Positions 26,185-40,630 of a stretch of 64,000 bases of DNA are shown in pieces. Under the pieces are notes generated by a model. The model saw nothing but the letters and a program-made list of their open reading frames with translations, was not told the origin of the DNA and ran no database searches. The stretch comes from Octopus vulgaris. Lineage: Eukaryota. Positions within the stretch are counted from its first letter, which is position 1. Every line of letters begins with the position of its first letter. The stretch covers positions 41,354,001 to 41,418,000 of the forward strand of contig OX597833.1 of NCBI GenBank assembly GCA_951406725.2, read 5' to 3'. The translations under genes were made by a program, and so were the position numbers.

Positions 26185-27325
26185 CTGAAATTTTAGCTCA
26201 GCGTTTTGTTTTTAGACATTTTTTTTTTTTTGTTATTTTCACTTCGTGGTTTTGCTTATATAAGGAATCATAACAGTAGTTTGGAGGCATTGAATTATAG
26301 CAAGACTCGCCACAGTATTTCTAAATGTTAATCACCAAACTGTACTGTAAATAAAAGGACCAGTTTTTTCTTATGACTATACATCAATTTTTGGACACAG
26401 TTGTCACTGATATATTTCTCTCCTTACACATATATTTTGAAATTTTATTTTCCTCCTTAATAATTGAAGATTGAATTGAACGGTTTAAATTCAAAACCTC
26501 GTTCATTGAAGCTTCAAATTCGCTCATGTCTTCTGAATCAATCTATCTCTTATTATAAAAGGCAGATTTTATCTGCCTCCCTTTGTCAGTTATAGAAATC
26601 TACAATATAGGATTTCTTCAATTACAATTTACCTAGCATTTTTAAGAGTAGAATGCATCGGGTTTTGCCAGGTCCAGTTTTTAAAATTTAAACTCCAATT
26701 AAGCAAAATTTACAAAAAACTCACATTCTGGTGTGTATGTCAAATGCTTTTCTTAGTCTGATTTACAGCACACGCAAACGCACACACACAGTGTGCAACG
26801 AATAAAGTGAAACTAGATGTAATATTTGTTTCTGTCTATCACGCTGATAGATACATGAGTAAAATATATGGCAAGCTAACAGATAAGAGTGAGTGAAAAT
26901 GTTCTTGGAAGAGAGTAAATAGCGACAAAGTGATTTGAGGAAGACTAAACTGAAAGTATGAAACAGTGTTTATGTATAAACAGACGACACTTATATAAAC
27001 CCTTTCGTTACCAAACCACCCGAATTTACCTATTCATATTTAAATGAGAATATCAGAGTAAATCTCTTTAGTACATTCGTGAAAACACGTATTATATTTC
27101 GTAAACACTTCAAATACAGTTTTGTACAAAAATCGAAGTGTAATTTTAATTCCGTGAATTATGGGAGATTTTTTTCCGAAATTTGTTCCTGTTGTGTTTT
27201 CAAAATTTGTAATTCTGACAAAAAATGGATACGAATTTCATTATATCAAGCAGCGAGTCAGAATTCCAAGGATTTTCTACTGAAGACCTTCATAAATCTA
27301 ACTCTATGACTGAAAAAAAAAAGCA

Positions 27326-28110
27326 TCTTTATATAAGAGTGAAGTTGTGTGTCTGTCTCCTACGATTTAGATTCGTAACTACTCCCACATTTTGCGGTGC
27401 AGTTTAACCAAAAGCGGGTATCTTATAGTCGTGATTCATATCGAGCCCTTCTGGGTATTAGCGCGCGTCTACGATGAGTCTACGATTTAAAAAAAATTTA
27501 CCATCATATTTTTCCATTTGAATGCATTTTTTTCGCTTTTATATAAGGGAAGTAACTCTCTAAAAATATCTACGATGTGTCAACGATTTAAAAAAAAATT
27601 TACCTTAATTTTTTTTCAATTTTTAATGCATTTTTTTGCTATTTTTTGGCTATAACTCTCTAAAAATGCTTATATAGTTATTTCCCTTACAAACCCGAGC
27701 AACGCCGGGCGATACTGCTAGTATATATATAAAGCTGAAGTTGTCTGTGTGTGGAAGGTTTGGTAGCCTTCAACTAACACTATCTCCTCCGAGACCCTGC
27801 GGCGCAAGTTGATCAAAATTCAGAGTATGATAGAAGAAGGCTTGCTCTTCATTCCGTAGAAGATGAAAATCAAATCGGACCATGTTAACACCAAAAATTA
27901 TTTACATCAAAAGGGTGCTTTTTTTTTCTATGAAAATCCCTATTTTCTACTATTTTTTACTGCTGTGTCGCCATTTTTCGATGTATTTCAACCAGAAAAA
28001 TGTTCACTTAAAGGGAATAACAAGCTATATAATGCAAAATTTTTACTTTTCAAAAATTCCAATTCTAAAGGGTCGAAACAAACCCGAGCAACGCCGGGCA
28101 ATACTGCTAG
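27326..28110 (+). mobile_element. Two head-to-tail non-autonomous Helitrons (27326-27721, 27722-28110)
   Basis: Both end in AAACCCGAGCAACGCCGGGC(G/A)ATACTGCTAG. Confidence 0.8.
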
Positions 28111-28420
28111 TAATATTACATTAGTTTTATGAGGCAAACGTTTCTTCATATTTGAATCAACATTACATGTGCGTGTCTGTGTTTTTGCTCCACCACAACT
28201 TTCGTATTGTACTAATTTTCGTGTGGGTTAATATTTTACAAAACGTCTCAGAAACTGAAAATTCTATTTTTGAATCATGGCGCCGTGTGAAGAAAATTGT
28301 CATGGCAACGGTTTGTTTACTAACAAGAGAATTTTTGTTCCATGAACATTACGCTTCCCAGTAGATTTTGTGCCATAGAAATAATATTACGCGTGGGCTG
28401 ATGACTTTTTTCCCCGTTCA

Positions 28421-29025
28421 GGATCTTTTCTTTTTGACTGACAGATTTAAAAAATAATTTTTTGTAACTAAACACTTTCAAACTTCGGACACTGGTAGAA
28501 TGAGTCATATAAAACATCTTTTACTCATAGCATTTTTGAGAAAAACTTATATTTACGAAGTTATTTCACGTTAAAGTTCTCGTATTTCGGTAATCTTAAC
28601 CAATCAATGACGTGTATTCAGCTGAATAAAATTACTGCTGTTGTTTGTCAACAAGAACTTCCGGTGGTGTATATTTCGTTTGTCACTGTTATTTATGACA
28701 ACCCTAACCCTAAAACCCTAACCCTAAAACCTTAAAACCAGTACAAACGCACGAACGATGTCATAAATAACAGTCACAAACGAAATAGTTGTTGTTGACA
28801 AACAACAGCAGTAATTTTATTCAGCTGAATACACGTCATTGATTGGTTGAAATTACTGAAATACGACAACTTTAACGTGAAATAACTTCGTAAATATAAG
28901 TTTTTCTCAAAAATGCTAAGAGTAAAAGATGTTTTATATGACATATTCTACCAGTGTCCAAAGTTTGAAAGTGTTTAGTTACAAAAAATTATTTTTTTAA
29001 TCTGTAGGTCAAAAGGTAAAGATCC
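28421..29025. mobile_element. Palindromic GGATC-ended MITE with central (CCCTAA/CCCTAAAA)n
   Basis: ~270-bp inverted arms. Near-identical to 49853-50550. TSD obscured by a rearranged right flank. Confidence 0.85.
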
Positions 29026-29746
29026 ATATCGGATCAGTGTCCGAAGTTTGAAAGTGTTTAGTTATTATTTTTTTTAATTTTATCTAGTTTCAGCTCACGA
29101 GCTGTTGCCATGCTGGGGCATCGCCATTTGTTACAAAAATTTTTTTTTTTAATCTGTAGATCATCTACTTTTTGGTTAATTTTCGAAGCTCAAAACATTG
29201 AAAGGGTCTTTTCAAAAGCCATGTTTGAATAATAGCACCAGTTAGAGAAAACTACCATGGCGTTGATTTGTTTACTAACATATTGAGAGGACATCTTCAC
29301 GAAAACTGTATTTCCCCGTGGATTTTGGTCTATAATGATAATATTCTATATGCAGTGATGATTTTTTTTCCGTTTATTAATTTTCAGTTAAAACTGATGA
29401 TATATGGTTCGGAATACTTTTGAATTATCTTCATCTTGTGTCTTTTACATATTTCAGTCATCAGACTGCGACCATGCTAGGATACCACCTTGAAGAATTT
29501 TAGTCGAACGAATCGACCCTAGTACATATTTTTTTAATTTTTGTTTTTTAAGCGTGGTACTTATTCTATTAGTGTCTTTTGCCGAACCACTAGGTTACGG
29601 GGACACCAAAACGCCAACACCGGTTATCAAAACGCCAACACCAGTGACGGAGCACAAACACACACACACAGAGATTATATCTGTATCTATCTTTCTCTGT
29701 CTCTGTCTCTCTCTCTCTGTATATATATATATATATACACACACTA

Positions 29747-29801
<55 letters not shown>

Positions 29802-29805
<4 letters not shown>

Positions 29806-30580
29806 GTGCGGGGAATAAACTGTCGTTTAAATTAACGCAAAAATGAAAATAACATTGACTTCTCATTTTAACAGATATATTTACCAAAATTATATAAAAA
29901 TATCTTGAAATACTAAGAGTAAATTTATTCAATAAAATCGCCATTGGCTTCAACCATGGCCTCCAGACGACTTCGGAATCTCCTACAACTCTTCTGGACT
30001 GTCTCCTTGTTTAAGTTGGTGAATGCTGCCATAATCCTTACTTTCAGTTCATCTTTGGTGTTACAAGTTTTGTTGGTCTGTCGCTCAACTGCGCCTCACA
30101 CATAATAATCAAGGGGGTCACAATCTGGGGAGTTAGGTGGCCAAATGTGAGGGGTAATGTGGTCGCAGAAATTGTCTTGTGTGGCATGATGCAGAGTCAT
30201 GTTGCTAGACATAGGGTTTTCCAGCAGCCACCCCTCTTGACCCAGGGCAGTACTACCTCCTCCAAGCACTTGATGTAGGCCTCCATGTTGAGTCTGAGGC
30301 CGTGTGGGAAGATGAATGAAGACATAGCGATCACTCCAAACACCATGATGTTTACTGGATGTTTGATTTTTATCACTCTCGGTACATGTTTAGGGGACAC
30401 GGCAAGCCAACAGTTGTTCCGTGTGTTCACTATCCGATCCTGGCAGAAACTTTTCTCGTCTGAGAAAAAAACCCAAAGCATGTTTGGTTGGAGGGGATGC
30501 TTGAGTTTATTCAAAAACTTCGTAACACGGTCTTTCCTCTTGTCCTTGATACATATACATATGCCCAGGCCTATTACCCA
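29802..30580 (-). mobile_element. maT/DD37D-like Tc1-mariner transposase remnant
   Basis: FFSDEKSF, KHPVNIMVFGVI, QHDSASCH, WPPNSPDCDPLDYY and EANGDFIE*. CAGGGTG terminus. Confidence 0.85.
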
Positions 30581-31009
30581 TTTTTTTTGGAGGGGGTAGA
30601 CACAAGACACACAACAAGTATTCCATTCATTTCTCAGCTCAAAGAGGCAAGCCCCGTTCTATGCTCGGGTCAAGACATAGAACGCAACGCCTAATATCAG
30701 CAGCGGAACCCGACAGCATATGCTGGTTTACCCCCGCCGCATCATGCTGCACCCTCCCCCCCAAAAAAAAACTTAAACAGTAAAAACAAAAATTGGAAAC
30801 AGGAAATTGTGAGTGGATTTGGTAGAAGAAAACTGAAAGAAGCCCGTATGCATGTATGTATGTATGTATGTATGTATGTATGTATGTATGTATGTATGTA
30901 TGTGTGTATGTATGTATGTATGTGCGTCTTTGTGTTTGTTTGTCTCCCCACCAACACTTGACAACCGGTGTGGTGTGTTCTATGTTGAACTTAGCACTTT
31001 AACGTAAAA

Positions 31010-31230
31010 CACCTACTTAGTGACCGCGTGTGTACCGTTGACGATATTTTTTTCCTCCGCCTTCCCTTCTCTGGATCTTACCTTTTCCTATGTTTCCGAC
31101 GAAGAGCTCCGCTCGAAACGTAAAACCCTCCTTCTTCCATTCCTTCCTGAGCGTCCAATAATACTATATTTGTTCCACGTCCTCGTGTTGTTGTGTTTTC
31201 TCTTTGTGTTTTCATGTTTGGATTAACTTT
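31010..31230 (+). mobile_element. Penelope-type pseudo-LTR repeat with hammerhead motif (31092-31126), inserted in a SINE
   Basis: GTTT-CCGACGA-A-GAGC tcc GCTC-GAAA-CG-TA-AAAC. Confidence 0.75.
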
Positions 31231-31614
31231 ATAGACTAAGTACTTGGTTTTAAAAATTGGGTACGTGGGAGTAGATACTTTCGACTAAAATTCTTCAAAG
31301 CGGTGCCCCAGCATGGTCTCGGTCTGATGACTAATGCAAAAGAGTAAATGCATGTGCGTGTGCGTGTGAGAAAGAGACAGAGAGAGCTTTACTACTCAAA
31401 CTTCAAAATAACCCATTTAAGACTTCCTGTATCGTTGAAAGTTTTTATCAATAGAGAACTAAAAAGTTAAGCAGACTAAAAAATGCTTTCTACAGAATAT
31501 CTACGAACAAAGGCTTTCTATGCAACTGCAATTAATTAATTAATTTAATTAATTACTGGTGCTTTGACACTGTTTTGTTTCGATTATACTCTATAATCGT
31601 AGGATTATACTCTA

Positions 31615-32035
31615 TAGGCGTAGGAGTGGCTGTGTGGTAAGTAGCTTGCTTACCAACCACATGCTTCCGGGTTCAGTCCCACTGCGCGGCACCTTGGGCA
31701 AGTGTCTTCTACTATAGCCTCGGGTCGACCAAAGCCTTGTGAGTGGATTTGGTAGGCGGAAACTGAAAGAAGCCCGTCGTATATATGTATATATATATAT
31801 GTATTTATGTGTGTGTGTATATGTTTGTGCCTGTGTTTGTCCCCCCCACCCAACATCGCTTGACAACCGATGCTGGTGTGTTTACGTCCCCGTAACTTAG
31901 CGGTTCGGCAAAAGAGACTGATAGAATAAGTACAAGGCTTACAAAGAATAAGTCCTGGGTCGATTTGCTCGACTAAAAGGCAGTGCTCCAGCATGGCCGC
32001 AGTCAAATGACTGAAACAAGTAAAAGAGTAAAAGA
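31615..32035 (+). mobile_element. SINE family A, near full length
   Basis: tRNA-like head (TGGCTGTGTGG...GGTTCAGTCCC), CORE-like CCTTGGGCAAGTG segment, internal microsatellite and GTAAAAGA tail. Other copies at ~37795, 40917, 49355, 56335, 57915 and 60115. Confidence 0.9.
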
Positions 32036-32279
32036 GAGAGAAAGAGAGTATAGTACAGACTATGTTTTATCTTTTATCTTTAATTTGTTCCATTAATACG
32101 ACCGCGGTCATACTGGAGCACTGCTTTGAAGAGTTTGCTCGAACATATCGACCCCAGTACTTATATTTTTTAAGTCTGGTCCGTATTCTATCGATCTCTT
32201 TTATCGTACTTCTAAGTTACGAATCGTAAGCAAAACAATACTTGTTGTCAAACAGTGGCGATATACACACACACACATT

Positions 32280-32344
<65 letters not shown>

Positions 32345-32894
32345 AGGTGGCGAGCTGGCAGAAACGTTAGCACGCCGGGCGAAATGCGTAGCCGTATTTC
32401 GTCTGCCGTTACGTTCTGGGTTCAAATTCTGCCGAGGTCGACTTTGCCTTTCATCCTTTCGGGGTCGATAAATTAAGTACTAGTTACGCACTGGGGTCGA
32501 TGTAATCGACTTAATCCGTTTGTCTGTCCTTGTTTGTCCCCTCTGTGTTTAGCCCCTTGTGGGTAGTAAAGAAATATATATATATATATATGACGGGTTT
32601 ACACACAATTTCCGTCAACCAAATTCAATCACAAACTCAAAACCGTGTGGTTGCAAAGCAAGCCTCTAAACCACACAGTTATTCCTGAACCTCTAAAGTT
32701 ATTTTTAACAATGTATGTAGATAGATGTACACCCTTGTCTGTATATACGGTATCTCTGTAGACAGAAAGAAAAGGAGACCAGCCAGACTAGTTTCACTCC
32801 TGTGTTGGGATTTCATCAACGACCGAATATCCTCTCATTGATCCATCCTTTTCTTTTCCCACAAAAATAGCGTGTGTGTATGTATGTGTATGTA

Positions 32895-32949
<55 letters not shown>

Positions 32950-33474
32950 GAACAAAACTGCCCCCCCCCCGTCCAATGGACGGTGCTGAATCATATCTGG
33001 TGAATAAAAAGCAATCAGTGTTTTCTTTTCATTAAAAAAATAACTAAGCATGCCTTTATTTCAATAAAATTTTGGGTTTTGTTAAACGAAATTAAGGCAA
33101 AAGAAAAATTCTAGAGAAACCAAATAGTCTTTCCTTCTTTCATGCCAAGTTTGAAGAAAATATCTCTTTTGCATCTTAATTTTTTGGTCTCTTAAATATA
33201 CTGGATTTTGTGGCATTATTTCAAGCCCACCGGCTTTTTATGCGCAAACTGCACGTGCATTTTTCTCGCGTACGCGTAGTATCGATCGCAACAGCTGATG
33301 TACTTGCGCGTACAAATGCACGTTCCCACGGCTTTATCGATCGCATTTTTGTAATTTTTTCAAGACTTATACACGTCCTGATACCGTCGGTATCTACATA
33401 TCAAATTTGAGCGCAATCCGATGGAGGATGCCCGAGATCCTAGAAGACAGACAGAACGGATTTTGTATAACATA

Positions 33475-33562
<88 letters not shown>

Positions 33563-34402
33563 ATATGTATATCTGTCTATATCTGCAATGCTGGTTAAAA
33601 ATTCCGTATATATTTTTGTAGTACAGTATAGTAACTATAGATAGATATGTCATTCCATACTCCAGTGATATAATACTCTACAGTCGGGTGGTCAGCAACT
33701 AAACCGTCAACCACCCTATTAGAGAAATCAACGATTAACCATGTGTTTGGAGAAGAGATTGGCGCTACACGATTTCATGTCTAATGAAAGACTGCTTTCA
33801 GACGCAGTGAAATTAGATTGCATCTCTTGCTAAACTAGTGTTAGTGCAATTAAGCTAATGAGAAGTTGTGCAAAAATAATTAAATAAAAAAGTAATTATG
33901 TGGCAAGGAGGAAATGATAGTAGTCATTGACTAATATAATTTTAATTTTCCGGTGTCAACTCTTAGATATGCGTCGGTGTTATTTTGACCACAAAAAATG
34001 GCGAGCTGGCAGAACCGTTAAACCGCTAGACCAAATTCTTAGCGACATTTCTTGCGGCTCTTTACATTCTGACCCCAAATCCAGCTGAGGCCATCTTTGC
34101 CTTTCATACTCTCGGGATCGATGAAATAAAGTACCAGTCAAGTCCTGGGATCAATGTGGTCAACTATTTCCCTTTCTGGCACCTTTGCGTTTTCTATAGC
34201 TCCCGGCTGACCAAAGCCTTCTGAGTGGATTTGGTAAACAGAAACTGAAAGAAGCCCATCGAGTGTATATCTCTGTGTATGTATGTATGTATGTATGTAT
34301 GTATGTATGTATGTGAGCATGGGCAAATGTCTTTTACCATAGCTCCTGGCTGACCAAAGCCTTGTGAGTAGACTTGGTAGACGGAAACTGAAAAAAAACG
34401 AC

Positions 34403-34475
<73 letters not shown>

Positions 34476-34489
34476 CGCGCAGGATTGTG

Positions 34490-36695
34490 CCGTTGGCACA
34501 GCATGGTCGCTCGGGCCAGGGCTTGTTTTGTGGATTCGAAGGCTGAAGTCATTGTACTATCCCACTCCATCTGTCTTCTTGAATCTTCTTTTGACAGTGC
34601 CTTGCATGGGGGTCTCATCACTCTTGCTGCAGAAGGGGTGAAGCATTGGTAAAAGTTTACCATGCCCACGAATTGATGTAGAGCCTTGCTTGTGGTGAGG
34701 TGTGGAAAGGATAGGATCACTTTTATTTTTTCTGGCAGAGGTGTAGCGCCGGTACTTGTGATTCGATGCCCCAAGAAGTCGATTTCTGTTGCACCAAAAA
34801 ACGCACTTGACATGGTTAATTACTAAACCATACCGCTCCAGCCTATCAGAAAGAGTCAGTAGGTGCTTCTTATGTAGCTCTGCGTTTGGGCTTGCATTAA
34901 GGATATCATCGAAGTATGCAAAGACAAAATCGAGACCTCTGTACACAGTGTCCATCATGCGTTGGAAGGATTGTGCCGCGTTTTTCAGCCCAAAGGATGT
35001 ACGTAGGAATTCGTACAGACCGAAAGGAGTGATCACAACGGTTTTCGGTACATCGTCGTCTTGTACTGGTATTTGGTGGTATCCTCAGATTAGGTCAACC
35101 TTGGAGAAAACCGAGCACCCGGCAAGCTGGGCTGAATAATCTTGTATGTGTGCAATGGGGTAGCGATCAGGTATCGTATCCGCGTTGAGCGGGCGGTAAC
35201 CTCCGCAGGGTCGATAACCTCCGTTGGATTTGATCAGCGAACTATGCCCAATGCCTCCATATTGTCGAACTCGGCCTTTGCGATTGCAAGTTTGTCTGGT
35301 GACAGACGACGCGCGCGGCTGTGCACTGGGGGGGGGGCAGTGGTAGTGATGTGGTGTGTCACCACGTGGTGGGCTCTGTAGGTTTGGAGAATGTCGGAGT
35401 GGTGAGATTGGGGTGACTTACTATAAGATCCGAGAATTCGTTCTTGGTCTGCGAGATGGTTGCTATGCGGGGGAGGGGGCATGTGCAGATGTTGCAAGAG
35501 GCACGGAAGTGTATGTGTTGTTGTCGAGGAGTCGTCTTCCCTTCAAATCTACTTGTAACAAGTATGCTCGAAGAAAGTCTGCACCGATTATGGGCTGATG
35601 GACATCGTTGATGGTGAATGCTCATGTGTATTTTTGTGAGCCGATGTTGAAAAAAAGGGTGCGACGACCATATGCCTCGATTGTGGTCTCGTTGGCAGCT
35701 GTTGAAAGTTGGCTCCACTTTCCATGACGGAGGTCCCTTGCCGACGCCGTGACCACGCTGATATCTGCTCCTGTGTCGATTAGGAACCTGCGTCCGGAGC
35801 TGCGATCGCGGACATAGAGGAGCATTTGGTCATGTCTGCCCTAGAGTTTCCCTGGGTCACTGGTGAAGGAGTCCCAAGGCTACATGGTTATTTGCACTTT
35901 GTCGCCTTTTTTCCAAATTTTGCATGGTAGAGGCAGGTCATCGTGCGTAACCCTACCCCATCTCGGGGCGACGCTATGGCGCTGACCATGACACCACTGG
36001 ATAAAAAATGTTTGTCAGCTGCCTTTGCTAATTGCCGCAGGTCCTTGATTTGGGTCTGAGTTATGAGGGCCTGAACCTGGTGTGACAGCTTGCGGAGGAA
36101 TATTTCTTTAAACAAATGGCTGCCGCTTCTCTTTCACTGCGTCGGAATATAACCACTAGCCTATCTTTCAATATGGCGTATTTTTTGTTGGTGGGGGATG
36201 GCTTAAAATGTCCAGCACCCTCGTTGCCATGTCTTCGTCTAGTGTCGCCAAAACATGCGAGTACTTTGTTTGGTTGGCCGTTACCTTGTTTATATCGAAT
36301 TGAGTTTCCGCCTGCACGAACCACAGTTCAGCCCTCTTAGGCCAGAACTGTAGTAACCTCAGTGTTGTTTTGTTGCTAGCTATGTATGTTCCGATAGCTA
36401 GAGCTGTTGTTCTATCGTCGGGGTCACCAGCTACAGCTTTGTTAAGCTATAGGCAAGCAAACTAGTGGAGACGACAATACATTTATCAAAGGTTTATTAC
36501 TTTACGTACATTAGGGCTTAAGTAGTCAGTTATTTCAGTTTAGTTCATTCATATTCGTTTCACACTCACTGTTGACATTCTTTTGCTTTCCTTCTCCTAC
36601 CGGAAGTCCCTTTTATTTTTCTGCTGACCAACTTCCTAGCTAGCCCACAGCGAAGTTTCTGTCTACAGTTCGTCTGTCACGAATCCTGCTCTACA
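34490..36695 (-). mobile_element. Truncated, frameshifted Ty3/Gypsy LTR retrotransposon (5' LTR, gag, protease, RT)
   Basis: FLIDTGADISV protease. RT motifs ITPFGLYEF..FGLKNAAQSFQRMMD, AYFDDIL and IDFLGHRI. gag CLYHAKFGKKATKC. LTR ~36432-36695 starts TGTAG on the minus strand. Confidence 0.92.
36415..36429 (-). promoter_or_regulatory. Primer binding site complementary to tRNA-Trp 3' end
   Basis: TGGTGACCCCGACG immediately inside the LTR. Confidence 0.8.
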
Positions 36696-36769
36696 CTACC
36701 ATCGATTTGTTCGACTGACTCCTTGGCTGCAGTTCAATGGCAGAAACAAATAGAAAATAAAAAATGAAG

Positions 36770-37183
36770 GGATCTTTTCGGTTTGACCGGCAGTTTTTTT
36801 AAATAATTTCCACGTAACTAAACACTTTTAAACTTCGTATACTAGTAGAATGTGTTTATAAAACAGCGTTTTCTCTTGGCTTTATTGAGAAAATTCTATA
36901 GTTTGTAAGATATTTGTTGCTTTTTTTTCTTCAATTTCTGCAATTTCAACCAATCAATGACGTTTATTGAGGTGAAAACATTCTGTTCCGTATGAATATG
37001 TCCCTCGTTTAAGAAACAGATTGGGTTTATTTACATTTCTGTAGGAAAAAAGATACCTTCCCCCACCCAACCTAACCCTAAAACAGATTGAAATGCAATA
37101 GATCGATACTAGGGTCATAATTATGGGTGACAATTTCATATGATACCGCAAGAAAAAAACTGCCGTTCAAACCGAAAAGATCC
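36770..37183. mobile_element. GGATC-ended MITE (Merlin-like)
   Basis: TIR GGATCTTTTCGGTTTGA. 8-bp TSD AAATGAAG/AAAAGAAG (7/8). Confidence 0.85.
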
Positions 37184-37565
37184 AAAAGAAGTACAAAATC
37201 TAGAATACATTATTGAAAGATTCATGCTCATTTATTATAACGTTAATGTGTGACTTGAGAAAGATTTGGTTGCTATTTTTAGCAGGTCGAAAGATCACGT
37301 ACATCTTCCACCCCTTATTAACTCGAGATTACGTATGCTGAATTGAACAGTAACTGTCATAGTCACTGTTTGTGTTATTCTTCGTCTACATAAATGTAGA
37401 TAAGGAATATGTTATACACTGTCATATTTGTAATTAAATTTGTTTTACGTTTATGATAATATATATATGTATTGGAGAATAAATTGTATGTGTCTGCCAA
37501 CAACAGCTGTAGAAGATATATTGAAGACAAAAGGTGTGTTGTGAATTATATGAGTGGGTAGTACC

Positions 37566-37629
<64 letters not shown>

Positions 37630-38104
37630 GTGTGGATGTAGGGGTGTATGTGTGCGTGTATGCAAATATAATTAGATGTGTATGTAGAGTTGTGCTGGGA
37701 ATTGAGTGTGGGTAGTAACCTCTGTGTGGGTGTCTGTGTACAAATATAATTATATGTATACACACATACACACACACACGCGCGCGCGCGCGTGCAAGTG
37801 TCTTCTGCTATAGCCTCGGGCCGACCAAAGCCTTGTGAGTGGTTTTGGTAGACGGAAACTGAAAGAAGCCCGTCGTGTGTGTATGTTTGTATGTCTGTGT
37901 TTATCCCCCCAACATCACTTGACAACCGATGTTGGTATGTATACGTCCCCGTAATTTAGTGGTTCGGCAAAAGAGACCGATAGAATAAGTGCTAAGCTTA
38001 CAAAGAATAAGTTCTGGGGTCGATTTGTTCGACCAAAGGCGATGCTCCAGCATGGCCGCAGTCAAATGACTGAAGCATATAAAAGAATAAAAGAATAAAG
38101 AATG

Positions 38105-38463
38105 GTTTCGTTGAACTCTTGTAAGCCAAGGTATTTATAGGCTTCCTTTTCAATCTGCTTCATCACTTCTCTATTTGGTAATTCTATCCCTTATAGGGAC
38201 TGTACCTTGCTTCTTTTCAGGCTCATTATACCCATACTTCTTGAGTCCAAATTCCATGTTAATAGCAGCACTAAAACAGTGGACTGTGTTCACCGAAGAA
38301 CTCACTTGTACCTCATCCTTACCATACAGTTTCAAATCATCCATGAAGAGGAGGTGATTGATTCTTTGAGTTCTCCCCTTTAACTGATATCCCAAGTTCA
38401 CTTTCCTCAGCACCAAGGTCAGAAGAATCAGGCAAAAAAAAAAAAAGCACACAGCTATTATTT

Positions 38464-38530
<67 letters not shown>

Positions 38531-39030
38531 TATTTATTGTCTTTGCACAGCTACTATCGCTGGAAATGTATTACGGTGCCAGCTGTTCACTACCAATGAA
38601 CTAAGGTAACACCCCTTGATTTTAGAGCACCATCCGGAGTATTCGAGCGGTTCCAAGCAGTACTGTTTCCTGCAAGTGCTCCACCCTTATTGCAGCTCCT
38701 ATTTGTTCCATGTACTTAAGACTTTTACTCACTGTTCCCAGGGCTCTGACAATTATTGGTACTACTACCGCCTTTTTCATCGACCACAACTACTTAACCT
38801 CCCAAGCTAACCTGTCATATCTATCTTTCTTCCTTATCGCATACCTTGTTATCAGCTGGGCATGCTATACCTATGATCCAGCATCGTTTGCTTTCTTTCT
38901 CAATTAACATATGTCTGGCTTCCTATTCTCTATCTTATGGTCGCGCTGAATCATAAAATCCCATAGGATCGTTGTATTATCATTTTCGATGATGCCTTCG
39001 GGTTTATGTTCGTACCACTTTTTTGCTCTG
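38105..39030 (-). mobile_element. R4/Dong-like non-LTR retrotransposon fragments (RLE 3' end and RT piece) separated by (AAT)n
   Basis: INHLLFMDDLKLYGK. KKWYEHKPE..ILWDFMIQRDHKIENRKPDI. LLGTARILRMVL. Confidence 0.8.
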
Positions 39031-39059
39031 TCATCATCATCGTCGTCGTCGTCGTCATT

Positions 39060-39575
39060 ATTATTGAGTGAGAGACCAGTGCATGCCATCAAAGTGACAC
39101 TGGGGTAAAATATACGAAGCCCAATATAATCATCATGACTACCCGTCTGATAGGGGTACACTAGGCACATGCATCACAACCATATGTGCGCGACAAGATC
39201 TCAAATCAAGATAAGTAGCGCATAACCTTGTAGGTGGGGGCCCAGTTAGAATTTTCTTCAGATCGAGTAGACCATCCGCTCGAAAGGTCTCTAAATAAGG
39301 TTTGCTTAAGGATGTTGAACGAAACACCTATGTTTCCAAAGGTGAATTTCCAAGTCCCAAAGAATCCCTCTCAACACATGGCTATGATGCTCCCCCACTA
39401 CTTCTGCTCGTGATCAGAGATGCACATATCGTCAGCCACTAAGGGACATGCTCAACTGGTTACGGTCAAACAACTGACAAGCAAATCTGTGGTATTGAGC
39501 AGAATATTTGCTGTAGCTCATCTTTTATACCAAGGCAAAACAATGTACATGATAACACTTCTAATCAATTAAGAT
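39060..39575 (-). mobile_element. Interspersed retroposon ending in (AAT)n
   Basis: Highly similar to 60750-61210 (+) and 25450-25615 (+, partial). Confidence 0.75.
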
Positions 39576-39659
39576 TGTTGCTGTTGTTGTTGCTGTTGAT
39601 GTTATTGCTGCTGCTGCTGTTTGTTGTTGTTGCTGTTGCTGCTTGTTTGTTTGTTTGTT

Positions 39660-40020
39660 TGTTGAGCGAAGCGGTCTTCGTCCAAGTGGGAGAAGTCCGA
39701 AACGTGGTCCTTTGCTATTCGTAAGACCCGCAGAAGAGAAAGCAGGTCAACCCCCAAAACCGAGAGCATCGACGGATGGATAAATGCGCATCCAGGTTCA
39801 ACGGTTGCGTAGGGAGTCGGGGACAAGAAACAGGAAGAAAGAGTGAGGGAAAGTTGGAGCGAAAGAGTACAACAGGGGTCGCCACCACCCCCTGCCGGAG
39901 CCTCGTGGAGCTTTAGATGTTTTCGCTCAATAAACACACACAACGCCCGGTCTGGGAATCGAAACCGCGATCCTCCGACCGCGAGTCCGCTGTCCTAACC
40001 ACTGGGCCATTGCGCCTCCA
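39660..40020 (-). mobile_element. tRNA-derived SINE with the same head as 3348-3650 but a different tail
   Basis: Shared first ~190 nt, unrelated 3' part ending in (CAA)n. Confidence 0.8.
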
Positions 40021-40438
40021 CCGCTGTTGTTGCTGCTGCTGCTGCTGCTGTTGTTGTTAATTTAAATTTAAGTTGTTCTTAATTTTTTTGCTTTAGGCTG
40101 TGCTGACCATATTGCAATTATCTTAAATTTTAAACTTTGAATAATTAATTATCTCTAAAAGAATAACAATCTCTTCTCAATAAAATATATTTCTAGGTAA
40201 TTCATTTACTGATTATTTTCTTTGGGATTCTCATTAAACTAACCTGTCTCCCATTCAAAGCATATATTTCAAGTTCATACTGTTCTAATGATATATTGTG
40301 ACCTAAATATTTCTCATGAACAACTTCGGATAAATTTACCTCAACGATATATATGTGTTGAGATAATTAACAGGTTAACAACGGTTGGAATTTTTGCCAT
40401 CATATTTCAATACTTCTTCAGTATCACAGTCTGCTTAC

Positions 40439-40630
40439 CTATCCCTTCTTTTGGTCAAAGCTGTTAGGCTTACAACAATCTATCTCCCTTAATCGTTCTC
40501 TATTCTCTATTCCTAGCAGTGTGGTGAGGCTTTGGTAAGGTGTTGGTGTTAATTTCTCGATTTCTGTAGAACCCTCGTCGAATAAATATGCAGAAGTAAT
40601 AAATCGCAGAATTATACAATACCAACGTAT
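40439..40630 (-). other. Candidate non-coding (5' UTR) exon
   Basis: GCGTTTCAG acceptor and AG|GTAAGC donor. 192 nt, no ATG, unique sequence. Confidence 0.5.
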
